Origin: Candidatus Thorarchaeota archaeon
GTDB taxonomy: Archaea; Asgardarchaeota; Thorarchaeia; Thorarchaeales; Thorarchaeaceae
Assembly: GCA_029858305.1 (NCBI GenBank)
Contig: JAOUFI010000012.1
Location: forward strand, 1 to 49,939
Direction of reading: 5' to 3'
DNA length: 49,939 nt
Shown here: positions 10,253 through 19,044 of the stretch, one piece after another
How the letters are laid out: every line of letters begins with the position of its first letter
Numbering within the stretch: position 1 is the first letter of the stretch
Made by a program: the position numbers and the translations under genes
The notes under the pieces: model-generated
What the model was told of the DNA's origin: nothing
The model's database searches: none
What the model saw: the letters and a program-made list of their open reading frames with translations, nothing else

Positions 10253-12034
10253 CTATATCAAAGACCCAGCAGATCGTTTGATTGTGGTAAGTTCCCCGAG
10301 TACTATCTTCTCTGCTGGGGAGAGGTCATCGACGAACTTCTTCCTTATAGCAAGTATTTGTTTGTCAGGAATATCGATATACAAAATCTCATCATCCTTT
10401 ACCTGTCTTCCTATCGTTGGACCGCGGATTGAAACTGCAACCTCCATTCCATCCGTGGCTTCTTCTATTGATACGCTACGGTCTTGTATCTGAAGAATGG
10501 TTCCAACCCTTTTGCCTAGCTCATTGATTAGTCCGGTTTTAGGTTTGATAATACCATGAACCTTGACACCAACCACTGCCGGATTATTGTGTCTAAAGAC
10601 ATAGTCTGGCATCAGTTCAATTTTACCTGGCCTGATTATCGAACTTAATGACTCTGCTTTTGCTTGTTCTCGCTTTACAATAAGCCATGCATAGTATTCA
10701 TCATATAATCGATAGATGACTTCATTCATGAATATCTCTACACCCATCTCAGCCGCAAAATCTTCTATCTCTGGTGAGATTTTTACATTGAATCCTAATA
10801 CGACCGCATTGAGTGGATCACTATCACCCGAGGCATGTCCTTCAATAATATCCCTCTTCACGATAGGGCCTACATCTGCAGCACGTACTGGTATATGTCG
10901 TTCCTGCAGGAACTGTGTCACCGCCTCAAGAGACCCTAGTGTGTCAGCTTTCAATACGATACCTGATTTGTCAGTTTTGATTCTAATTGACTTTAGCTCG
11001 TCCTTTACTTTTTGTTTTATTTCTTCAAGTTTCTCAGAATCAGTCACAGCATACACTGGTGCACCCGCTACCGCGCCTTCAATATCTGGAGCAACAATCT
11101 TGACACCAGCAGCTGCATAGACTACATCAACTTGTGAGAATTTCTCTCTTGGATCTCGAATTTCATCTAATGGTTTGGGGAGTAACAGCGCTCTAATTTT
11201 CGCTACTATTACGCCAGATAGACCGCCAATGACCACAGTATCTGTTTTTCTCAAGACACCATCATAGATGATTGTATCTAGAGTGAGACCGAGACCGGTT
11301 TCTTCTCTCACTTCAAGAATAGCGCCCTTTGCAGGACCTTTTGATATCTTGAGCCTCTCTTTCATATATTGTTGAGTGAGACCTGAGAGAACCATTAACA
11401 GTTCTGGAATTCCAGTGCCTGTTTTGGCACTTGTAGGCACTATTGCTACAGTCTTCGTGAAATCCTTTACACGATCAAACCGTTCGGACTGAATACCATT
11501 TGCAGAGAGTGCTCCCACAATCTCGTAAATTCTTCTATCAACTTCAGTCTGCACCGACATACTCTGTGCCTTGATAGATTGAGAGAGCGATAGTCCTTCT
11601 TTGTCCTTCCATCCAGGAACTTTATCCAGTTTATTCGCTGCAATGAGAAACGGTGTCTTACCAGACATAAGAATCTTCAAAGATTCATATGATTGAGTAA
11701 GAGGGCCTTCGTTTATATCAACGACAAGTATGGCAATATCCGCGATAGCTCCTCCTCGTCGTCTTAGATTCAGATATGCCTCATGTCCGGGTGTGTCGAT
11801 GAATAAAAGCCCATCAATCGTTAATTGGGTTTTAACGGTGCTGAGAAGATCTCCACAAATCGATAGAATTGTCTCGGTCGGAAAGAATGATGCTCCGATG
11901 TGTTGTGTAATTCCTGCAACCTCTCTTGCTTGAACGCCAGTTCCTCGCATCTTGTCAAGGAGAGATGTCTTCCCGTGATCGATGTGGCCAAGAACTGTTA
12001 CAATTGGTGAACGTAGTTTTTCACTATCTGTCAT
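10253..12034 (-). CDS. infB: Translation initiation factor IF-2 / aIF5B
   Basis: LRSPIVTVLGHIDHGKTSLLD, GITQHIGA, DTPGHE, NKLD, KADTLGSLEA. Confidence 0.98.
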   Translation of the reverse strand: MTDSEKLRSPIVTVLGHIDHGKTSLLDKMRGTGVQAREVAGITQHIGASFFPTETILSICGDLLSTVKTQLTIDGLLFIDTPGHEAYLNLRRRGGAIADIAILVVDINEGPLTQSYESLKILMSGKTPFLIAANKLDKVPGWKDKEGLSLSQSIKAQSMSVQTEVDRRIYEIVGALSANGIQSERFDRVKDFTKTVAIVPTSAKTGTGIPELLMVLSGLTQQYMKERLKISKGPAKGAILEVREETGLGLTLDTIIYDGVLRKTDTVVIGGLSGVIVAKIRALLLPKPLDEIRDPREKFSQVDVVYAAAGVKIVAPDIEGAVAGAPVYAVTDSEKLEEIKQKVKDELKSIRIKTDKSGIVLKADTLGSLEAVTQFLQERHIPVRAADVGPIVKRDIIEGHASGDSDPLNAVVLGFNVKISPEIEDFAAEMGVEIFMNEVIYRLYDEYYAWLIVKREQAKAESLSSIIRPGKIELMPDYVFRHNNPAVVGVKVHGIIKPKTGLINELGKRVGTILQIQDRSVSIEEATDGMEVAVSIRGPTIGRQVKDDEILYIDIPDKQILAIRKKFVDDLSPAEKIVLGELTTIKRSAGSLI

Positions 12035-12220
12035 CGATACACCTCACAGAAGAATTGTCTGTGGGCACGGTATATCCGTTATGAAAGTGTCGTTTTACAC
12101 ATTCATTTCCCGAGTTATTTTCGTCATTCTAATTGTTGCTGAATGAAATGGATTATATTCGATAATTGTTTGGCGGAATCTGTGGATACAGTTATCATGT
12201 ATCTAAAAAGGTGATATGAT

Positions 12221-12886
12221 TTGGAACAGTCCCTTGTGATTATCAAACCTGATGGTACAGCAAGAAGACGAGTGAGCTCTTTGGTGTTGCAAGCACTGCT
12301 TGACCGAGGATACAAGATTGTAGCTTTCCAAGAGATGATGGTATCTGAGTCGCTTGCCAAACTGCATTATGCGGTTCATAGCGAAAAACCATTTTTCCCT
12401 TGGCTTGTTGAGTTTATATCCTCTGCTCCCGTATTAGCCATGATTTTTGAATCTAATGGTGTCATCCAAGGTGTACGAGATGCCTTGGGCGCCACCTTTG
12501 TCCAAAAGGCTTCACCAGACTCCTTGAGAGGAAAATATGGCATCTGGGCTGGAATTAACATTGCGCACGCCTCTGATGCGCCTGAAACTGCTATCTCCGA
12601 GATTGCATTATGGACCTCCGAAGGCGGTCTTGTCGAATCACCAGAAGCTGAAACCTCTGCTCGTGCCTATATTCTGAAGTACATTAATGGTGATGCAGAT
12701 TATACAATGGCACTCCGTGAAGTCGTAAAGAACGCAATAGAAAGTCATGATAAATCTGTTAAGATTTTGAAATCACTAAAGGACCTGTTCAGTAAAGATG
12801 CGGCGGGCATCAGCAAGGATAGAACTGACAATCTTGCGAAAGTAGTGTTTGATTTCATTAAAGAAGAACTAGAAAAGGCAAAGTAG
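12221..12886 (+). CDS. ndk: Nucleoside diphosphate kinase with C-terminal helical extension
   Basis: EQSLVIIKPDG, HSEKPFF, PDSLRG, catalytic NIAHASD. Confidence 0.93.
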   Translation: MEQSLVIIKPDGTARRRVSSLVLQALLDRGYKIVAFQEMMVSESLAKLHYAVHSEKPFFPWLVEFISSAPVLAMIFESNGVIQGVRDALGATFVQKASPDSLRGKYGIWAGINIAHASDAPETAISEIALWTSEGGLVESPEAETSARAYILKYINGDADYTMALREVVKNAIESHDKSVKILKSLKDLFSKDAAGISKDRTDNLAKVVFDFIKEELEKAK

Positions 12887-12892
12887 AACCAA

Positions 12893-12910
12893 AGGTGGTA
12901 TATACCACCT
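12893..12910. terminator. Perfect 18-bp palindrome between convergent ndk and rpl24e
   Basis: AGGTGGTATATACCACCT followed by a T-tract on +. Confidence 0.65.
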
Positions 12911-12932
12911 CTGTTTCTTTTTAGAATCTCAT

Positions 12933-13133
12933 TTATCGAGATACTTTACCACCTTTCTCATATCCAGCAGTCCACTTAGTATCTCTGGGCTTCATACGCC
13001 GCGCAATTCTATTGACCTTGCATTTATTGGAGCAGAACCATGAAACAGACCCGTCCTTTGTCTGCACGAACGCAACTCCTGTTCCTGGTTCAATATCCTT
13101 TCCACAAAAGCTACATCGTTGTGTGCCGACCAT
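12933..13133 (-). CDS. rpl24e: 50S ribosomal protein L24e
   Basis: CSFCGKDIEPGTG...FCSNKC...PRDTKWT. Confidence 0.96.
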   Translation of the reverse strand: MVGTQRCSFCGKDIEPGTGVAFVQTKDGSVSWFCSNKCKVNRIARRMKPRDTKWTAGYEKGGKVSR

Positions 13134-13134
13134 C

Positions 13135-13359
13135 TCAACGCCTCCTCATCTTCCGGGCTTCACGTTCTGTTTCCCTTAAAATGAGAATGTCTCCCTCTCT
13201 CACAGGTCCCTTGACATTTCGAGTTAGGACTCGTCCTTTGTCCCGGCCATCCAAAATCTTGACACGAACTTGGGTAATCTCTCCTGTTACACCTGTTCGT
13301 CCAAGGAGTTGGATAATTTCTGCAGGAATTGACTGAGTCACTTCTTCATCTTTACTCAT
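13135..13359 (-). CDS. rps28e: 30S ribosomal protein S28e
   Basis: [14 protein letters not shown]...[20 protein letters not shown]. Confidence 0.98.
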   Translation of the reverse strand: MSKDEEVTQSIPAEIIQLLGRTGVTGEITQVRVKILDGRDKGRVLTRNVKGPVREGDILILRETEREARKMRRR

Positions 13360-13378
13360 CGAAAGCCATCACCTGAAT

Positions 13379-13756
13379 CTACTTTCGGAGGCCGTTAATC
13401 TTCTCGACAATATCGTCTACTAGAGCCTTTGCTTTACCATCTACGACGATTGCGATAGCAGCAGTGGGTCTTTCGATTCCAGCTGCTTTGCCTAGGTCCA
13501 CCTTGTTCTTTACAAAGATATAGGGGGCCTTCTTATCATCACAGAGACCGGGTAGATACATGATAATCTCTTGGGGCTCAACATCTTCTGCAATGACCAC
13601 CAATCGGGCAATACCTCGCTCGATGCTCTTTGTGGCTTCGTTAATCCCCTTCTTGATTCTACCTGTGTCCTTAGCTATTTCAAGAGCCTCAAGAGCTTTC
13701 TTTTGAAGTTCTTCAGTGGGCTCCCATTCAACAAAACTTGGTTTAGGCATTACCAT
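13379..13756 (-). CDS. rpl7ae: 50S ribosomal protein L7Ae
   Basis: IKKGINEATKSIERG, LVVIAEDVEP, LGKAAGI. Confidence 0.98.
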   Translation of the reverse strand: MVMPKPSFVEWEPTEELQKKALEALEIAKDTGRIKKGINEATKSIERGIARLVVIAEDVEPQEIIMYLPGLCDDKKAPYIFVKNKVDLGKAAGIERPTAAIAIVVDGKAKALVDDIVEKINGLRK

Positions 13757-13757
13757 T

Positions 13758-13783
13758 TACCTCAGTTTATCTCTTCATCGGTA
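13758..13783 (-). promoter_or_regulatory. Kink-turn in rpl7ae 5' UTR overlapping the SD (autoregulatory L7Ae site)
   Basis: Minus strand TACC-GAT-GA-AG-AGATAAA-CT-GA-GGTA: box C/D-type K-turn; upstream hairpin at 13790-13811 and TTTTAAAA box at 13836-13843. Confidence 0.85.
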
Positions 13784-13861
13784 TTTTGCGCCTGATCTTA
13801 CAGAATCAGGCTCTGCTGCGTGTCGTGTTGACTTCTTTTAAAACTGTCGAACTGTCAACAG

Positions 13862-14881
13862 TCAATAACCCAATTCTTGGCAAGCACTCAAAAGATTCGA
13901 GTCATCAACATTAAGGTGTTCTAGTACTGAGTACCGACCTCTCTTTTTCATAATCTTGACTGCATGATGAACATCATCCAAAAAAGTGGTTGGTGCATTT
14001 CCAATTTCATTGAATGATGCCGGCATCTGTCGAGATCTCATAAAGTCAAGAATCTCTCCATATCCATGTTCCGCAAAACCCGTTTCTTGGAGATAGTAGA
14101 GGCATATTGGGGTGGCGAAAGCAACCTGAAGGCCATGGAGTTCCTTAGACGTTCGGTCCATAGCATGTGATATTGCATGCTCTGTACCAGAACATGGACG
14201 TGAACTCCCAAAAATGCTCATGGCTTTGCCAGCGTCAATTTCTGCTTGGATTAAAGTCTCAATACTATCATCTCTAAGTACATTATCTAGCGCGTTCTCT
14301 ACAATTGAATAGACTTGCTTGTCGAATGCTTCATTCTTTTCTTCATACGCTAGTTTCCATTCAGCAAGACTAGCTGTCTTGCAAATGATGTCTCCTAAAC
14401 CAGCTAGTTTCAATCTTGGCGGTGCCTTCGATATTATTGAAATATCAGCTATGACAGCGAGAGGTCCCTTGCACTTCTGTGAATATTTGTAACCGTCATG
14501 GCTCACAGAAGCAACCTCACTTGCAATACCATCGTGAGAGGCAGCAGTAGGTACTGATATCCAATTCAGACCAGTCTTCCCAGCAATTAGCTTAGCAACA
14601 TCAAGACTTGCGCCGCCTCCAAATCCAATAATGACATCAATACCATCGAAATTCTGGATGGCGCTATGCGTATAGGCGTTCACCATTATCCATCTACATG
14701 TTTGTCCTATGATATCCTCAAGGTGTGAAGAATATTCAGAATGTATTAGTTCATCTGTAATGCAAAGTGGATTCGAATAATTTCTCATTATCTTTTCAAG
14801 TTCCACTAAGGCTCCTTCAGCAATTGCGACAGTAGTGGGCCCTTCACAGGACATTCGATCAGCTCTAGCCTTGCGAAGCAT
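13862..14881 (-). CDS. egsA: sn-glycerol-1-phosphate dehydrogenase
   Basis: GFGGGASLDVAK, VPTAASHDGIAS, SSRPCSGTEHAISHAMD, HGLQV; start may be ATG 14854. Confidence 0.95.
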   Translation of the reverse strand: MLRKARADRMSCEGPTTVAIAEGALVELEKIMRNYSNPLCITDELIHSEYSSHLEDIIGQTCRWIMVNAYTHSAIQNFDGIDVIIGFGGGASLDVAKLIAGKTGLNWISVPTAASHDGIASEVASVSHDGYKYSQKCKGPLAVIADISIISKAPPRLKLAGLGDIICKTASLAEWKLAYEEKNEAFDKQVYSIVENALDNVLRDDSIETLIQAEIDAGKAMSIFGSSRPCSGTEHAISHAMDRTSKELHGLQVAFATPICLYYLQETGFAEHGYGEILDFMRSRQMPASFNEIGNAPTTFLDDVHHAVKIMKKRGRYSVLEHLNVDDSNLLSACQELGY

Positions 14882-15039
14882 GTTTTCTTGTTAAGGGCTT
14901 CTATCGCGCCAAACAGCAGTCTATTGCACTATTCTTAAGTAGAGATTATAGAAAGCGGCAATCCAGTTAGTGAGTGTTACCTACGAAATACTCTAACCTA
15001 TACGTCATCCAGACCTTTGAATCTCGGAGTTCAACTCTC

Positions 15040-15537
15040 ATGACTGAATATGTTAAGGTTGCACTGATGGGATCCGGCTATGCAGGCAAGTCAACCATAA
15101 TCAAGCTACTCACTGACAAAGCACCCAAGCTTGAATGCAACTACCAACCAACTCCAGGTATGAACTGCGGAACCCTCACAATCGACGCAAATACGAAAGT
15201 TTCTCTTATTGAAATGGGCGGTCAGGCACACTTTGAATTTCTTTGGCCTGATTTTATGAAGGGGAGTACGATGGTCGTTGTTGTAACTGAGAGTAACCCA
15301 AAAGCTGTTCTTAAAACTCGTCAACTTCTTGAAAAGTACAAAGATCAGCTTTCAGGAACAAAGGTCATTGCAGTTGCAAATAAGCAAGACCTACCGGGCT
15401 CTATGAGACCTGAATCGGTTCAAGACCTGCTCGGTGTTCCGACATATGGCATGGTTGCAGTAGATCCAAGAGAGCGATTGAACGGATACAAACTAATTGT
15501 CAATGGACTCAGAGAAATGGTTCAAGTTGCCGCATGA
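15040..15537 (+). CDS. Small Ras-superfamily (Arf/Rab-like) GTPase
   Basis: G1 GSGYAGKST, G2 YQPT, G3 EMGGQ, G4 NKQD; ATG 15040 most likely start. Confidence 0.9.
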   Translation: MTEYVKVALMGSGYAGKSTIIKLLTDKAPKLECNYQPTPGMNCGTLTIDANTKVSLIEMGGQAHFEFLWPDFMKGSTMVVVVTESNPKAVLKTRQLLEKYKDQLSGTKVIAVANKQDLPGSMRPESVQDLLGVPTYGMVAVDPRERLNGYKLIVNGLREMVQVAA

Positions 15538-15632
15538 AGCTACATACCTGTGTGCGTGTTCACCTATTCTTTGTTCTATCTATATTAGCGTCCTAGGACA
15601 AGCCTTTTATGTACAGAGCCAGCAGACGAACC

Positions 15633-15722
15633 CGCCCAAGGCATGGGCGAATGAGCTATCTGGTTGATTCCAACCAATTAGCGAGTCCATCCGGGAAGAA
15701 CATGTCTTTTGGGTATTGGATA
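15633..15722 (+). promoter_or_regulatory. Structured 5' leader of the rpoD operon with K-turn-like motif
   Basis: ATGGGC-GAAT-GA-GCTA..TGGTTG-ATTC-CAACCA..TAGC-GA-GTCCAT (15643-15690); alternative hairpin CGCCCA/TGGGCG; TTTTATGT box at about 15605. Confidence 0.5.
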
Positions 15723-15745
15723 AACCTCCGCGGTAAGGTGAGTTA

Positions 15746-16546
15746 ATGGAAATCACAATAATTCGCAAGCAGGATAACATCATTCACTTTCTAGCTGAAG
15801 GTATTGATGTTGCCTTCGCAAATGCACTCCGGAGAACCATGCTTACTAGATTGCCTGCAATGGCGATTGATGAAGTACTAGTTCTAGAAAACACCAGTGT
15901 CATGTATGATGAAATGCTGGCTCATAGAATGGGACTTCTCCCTCTAGTGACAGATCTTGATAGCTATAACCTCCCAGAGGACTGTGACTGTGAAGGGAAA
16001 GGTTGCAGTCTCTGTCAGTGCACACTTACTCTTGAGAAACAAGCAGGAGATGAAGTAGAGGTCGTTTATTCGCGTGATTTGACATCACAAGACCCGAAAG
16101 TTGTTCCCGCATCTGGTGATATTCCCCTAGTGAAGCTTGCTCCCCACCAACACCTAATCATTGAAGCATATGCACGTCTAGGAAAGGGTGTTGAAAATGC
16201 AAAGTTCCAACCAGTTTCAACGGTTTCATACAAGTATGTACCCATTGTCGAAGTGAATAAGGAAGAATGCAACAAATGTGGGGATTGTGTCGCTGTATGT
16301 CCCAAAAACATCCTACTTGTTGAGGGCGATACAATAGCAACACAAAACACTCTCGACTGCAGCCTTTGTGAGGCCTGTGTCGAAGTCTGCGAACCCGGAG
16401 CAATTACAATTGATTCAAAGAAGGACAGTTTTCTGTTCAAGGTCGAATCCACAGGAGCACTGACTCCTGAAAAGATTGTTGAGAAGGCAGCTGAGATTCT
16501 GAAAGAGCGAATCAGGCTGGCTTTAGATTATGCAAATTCACTATGA
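15746..16546 (+). CDS. rpoD: RNA polymerase subunit D (Rpo3) with 2x[4Fe-4S] ferredoxin-like domain
   Basis: FANALRRTML, NTSVMYDEMLAHRMGLLPL; CNKCGDCVAVCP and CSLCEACVEVC. Confidence 0.97.
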   Translation: MEITIIRKQDNIIHFLAEGIDVAFANALRRTMLTRLPAMAIDEVLVLENTSVMYDEMLAHRMGLLPLVTDLDSYNLPEDCDCEGKGCSLCQCTLTLEKQAGDEVEVVYSRDLTSQDPKVVPASGDIPLVKLAPHQHLIIEAYARLGKGVENAKFQPVSTVSYKYVPIVEVNKEECNKCGDCVAVCPKNILLVEGDTIATQNTLDCSLCEACVEVCEPGAITIDSKKDSFLFKVESTGALTPEKIVEKAAEILKERIRLALDYANSL

Positions 16547-16557
16547 GGTATGAGAGT

Positions 16558-16929
16558 ATGGAGAGATCTGTGAGAAGCGGCCCATCCGACCCTAATACAC
16601 GTGCGCTGATTAATGCGCTCAGAAAGACATCAAAGAAACACGATGTCAGGATTTGGAAGCGAGTAGCTGAGATGATTGCCCAACCTGCAAGGCAGCGTCC
16701 TGCAGTTAATATTGGCAAGATTGAACGTCATACAAGTGCTGGTGATGTTGTTGTAGTACCAGGAAAAATCTTGGGTTCTGGCATTATTACACACAAAGTA
16801 ACAGTCGCAGCATTGAATGCATCTTCGACAGCAAGATCTGCCATCGTTGAGGCTGGTGGTTCAGTTATGTCAATTGACGAATTACTTACTCAAGCCCCGA
16901 AAGGTAGAGGTATTATGATTATTGTATAG
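16558..16929 (+). CDS. rpl18e: 50S ribosomal protein L18e
   Basis: IWKRVAE..ARQRPAVNIGKI, VVVPGKILGSG; synteny. Confidence 0.95.
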   Translation: MERSVRSGPSDPNTRALINALRKTSKKHDVRIWKRVAEMIAQPARQRPAVNIGKIERHTSAGDVVVVPGKILGSGIITHKVTVAALNASSTARSAIVEAGGSVMSIDELLTQAPKGRGIMIIV

Positions 16930-16938
16930 GTGATTCTA

Positions 16939-17391
16939 ATGAGTACAGAAAATGTCAAAGTTTATGATGCTGAGAAAATGGTTGTTGGTCGACTTGGAAC
17001 TAAAGTTGCAAAGGATGCATTAATGGGTAACAATGTGGTCATTGTGAATGCGGAGAAAGCCATTATAACGGGTAATCGCAGGTCGGTGATTGAGGCATTC
17101 AAAACAAAGCGTGATATTCGGACATCATCCAATCATACTCGAGGTCCATTTCATGAACGTAGACCCGACATGATAGTTCGAAGAATGCTCCGCGGAATGC
17201 TTCCTTGGCCTAGACCAAGAGGAAAGGCTGCTTACAAACGAATTAAGGTCTATATGGGAATCCCAGAAAAATACCTGAATACTGAGAGAATAGTACTTGA
17301 TAAATCGCGTTACAGAAGCATGAAGAACAAGTTCATTCAGGTAAGTGAATTGAGCCAAGAACTTGGTTGGAGAACATCGGAGGTGGCATGA
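16939..17391 (+). CDS. rpl13: 50S ribosomal protein L13
   Basis: VVGRL...VNAEKAIITG...GPFHERRPDMIVRRMLRGMLP. Confidence 0.96.
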   Translation: MSTENVKVYDAEKMVVGRLGTKVAKDALMGNNVVIVNAEKAIITGNRRSVIEAFKTKRDIRTSSNHTRGPFHERRPDMIVRRMLRGMLPWPRPRGKAAYKRIKVYMGIPEKYLNTERIVLDKSRYRSMKNKFIQVSELSQELGWRTSEVA

Positions 17392-17392
17392 G

Positions 17393-17791
17393 GTGAGAGT
17401 AGTAGTAAGTACTGGCAAGAGAAAGACAAGTCTTGCAAAGGCCACATTGAGGGATGGTGCTGGCCGGATGAGAATTAATGGAACACCTCTGGAAGTCCAT
17501 CAACCAGAGCTTGCAAGAATGCGAATCATGGAACCCTTGATACTTTTTGGTGAAGGCTGGAAACGTTATGACATTAAAGTGAGGGTTCGAGGAGGCGGTT
17601 TTATGAGTCAAGCAGATGCAGTTAGAATGGCTGTTGCGACCGGATTGATTCGTATGAGTCAAGACTTTGAGGCACGTTCAAAGATGATAGAACATGACAG
17701 AACAATGCTTGTTGGTGACCCGAGACGTACAGAACCCAAGAAATTCGGTGGACCATCAGCACGTTCACGATATCAAAAATCTTACAGGTGA
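17393..17791 (+). CDS. rps9: 30S ribosomal protein S9
   Basis: [44 protein letters not shown]; GTG 17393 probable start. Confidence 0.97.
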   Translation: MRVVVSTGKRKTSLAKATLRDGAGRMRINGTPLEVHQPELARMRIMEPLILFGEGWKRYDIKVRVRGGGFMSQADAVRMAVATGLIRMSQDFEARSKMIEHDRTMLVGDPRRTEPKKFGGPSARSRYQKSYR

Positions 17792-17801
17792 GGCGAATAC
17801 A

Positions 17802-18017
17802 ATGATAATACCAGTACGATGTTTCACTTGCGGAAAAGTAGTAGCCGACAAATACGAACAGTTCAAGCGAGAGGTCAGACAAGGTGAAGACCCCGCTGTT
17901 GTTTTGGACAATCTTGGATTGAATAGGTTCTGCTGCCGAAGAATGCTACTTGCTCAAATTGACATTATTGATAGCTTCATGGCATTTTCCACAGTCAGCC
18001 CCGCGGAGGTAAAATAA
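17802..18017 (+). CDS. rpoN: RNA polymerase subunit N (Rpo10)
   Basis: [14 protein letters not shown]...RFCCRRMLL. Confidence 0.97.
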   Translation: MIIPVRCFTCGKVVADKYEQFKREVRQGEDPAVVLDNLGLNRFCCRRMLLAQIDIIDSFMAFSTVSPAEVK

Positions 18018-18018
18018 T

Positions 18019-18654
18019 ATGAGTGATATAGAAGTCACTGACTCAGATCTCTTGACACCAATGGACAAATACCTGGCTGCAGGATGTCACATTGGAACAC
18101 AAGTCAAGACACAAGACATGGAACCCTTTGTCTATAGACAGCGTCCAATTGGCCTTTACGTTCTTGATGTTCGAAAGACGGATGAGCGGATTAGACAAGT
18201 TGGCAAATTTCTCGCTCGTTTCGATCCTTCAAAGATTGTTGTTGTATCTGGTCGAGTCTATGGTAAGCGCCCTGTTGAAACCTTCGCCTATTATATTGGA
18301 GCAAATGCGTTCACAGAGCGATTTGTTCCTGGAACCTTAACAAATCCTAATATTGCAGGTCCAAGGCAATACATAGAACCTGATGTCGTTATACTAACAG
18401 ACCCTCGCACAGATCAGCAAGCGCTCAACGAAGCAGCAAAGATTGGCGTGCCAGTTATCGCTCTTTGTGATACTGACAATGCAACTACAAATGTGGACCT
18501 TGTGATACCAACAAACAACCGTGGCCGAAAGTCACTTGCTTTGGTATACTATCTTGTAACCACTCAAGTACTCAAAGAAAGAGGCGATATGCCCGAAGAC
18601 AGTGAACCAGCTTTCACTCCAGAGGATTTCGAGCCTCAAGTCCAACGCTTCTGA
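18019..18654 (+). CDS. rps2: 30S ribosomal protein S2
   Basis: [33 protein letters not shown]. Confidence 0.97.
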   Translation: MSDIEVTDSDLLTPMDKYLAAGCHIGTQVKTQDMEPFVYRQRPIGLYVLDVRKTDERIRQVGKFLARFDPSKIVVVSGRVYGKRPVETFAYYIGANAFTERFVPGTLTNPNIAGPRQYIEPDVVILTDPRTDQQALNEAAKIGVPVIALCDTDNATTNVDLVIPTNNRGRKSLALVYYLVTTQVLKERGDMPEDSEPAFTPEDFEPQVQRF

Positions 18655-18657
18655 TTT

Positions 18658-19044
18658 TTACACGATTAGAGTTACGACGCCGTTATCGGCGTCAACCTCT
18701 ATTTTTTGTCCAGTTGTAATCCTTTCAATTTCAATCTGGTCTACAGCTGGTATCTCTGATATAATACAGCCTACTGCAACTACAGGATCCATTATCTTAT
18801 TGACAATGGCTAAGGGTGCCTTTTCTGCTTTCTTTAAGGCATAAAGAACATACGAACCTACTGTAGATCCCTTTCCTGAGGGAAAAACAAGAATCTTTCC
18901 TGCTATTGATTTACCCTCTAAATGATGTCCTTTCTCTACAATCTCGCCGGTTTCAGGATCACAACCACCATAGAACGATATATCCTCTCCGGTGACGAGG
19001 GCTTCCCCAACTACCTTTCCCTTGAAGATTTTTCGACCTTGCAT
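18658..19044 (-). CDS. Phosphomevalonate dehydratase small subunit (AcnX swivel domain, DUF126)
   Basis: ISFYGGCDPETG, FPSGKGSTVGSYVLY; ATG 19044 overlaps the upstream TAA. Confidence 0.9.
   Translation of the reverse strand: MQGRKIFKGKVVGEALVTGEDISFYGGCDPETGEIVEKGHHLEGKSIAGKILVFPSGKGSTVGSYVLYALKKAEKAPLAIVNKIMDPVVAVGCIISEIPAVDQIEIERITTGQKIEVDADNGVVTLIV

Noticed and set aside
15535-15590. Selenocysteine read-through of the GTPase TGA using the downstream SECIS-like hairpin
   Set aside because: The G domain is complete before TGA, the extension is T-rich and terminator-like, a TATA-like box separates it from the hairpin, and the hairpin lacks the apical AA.
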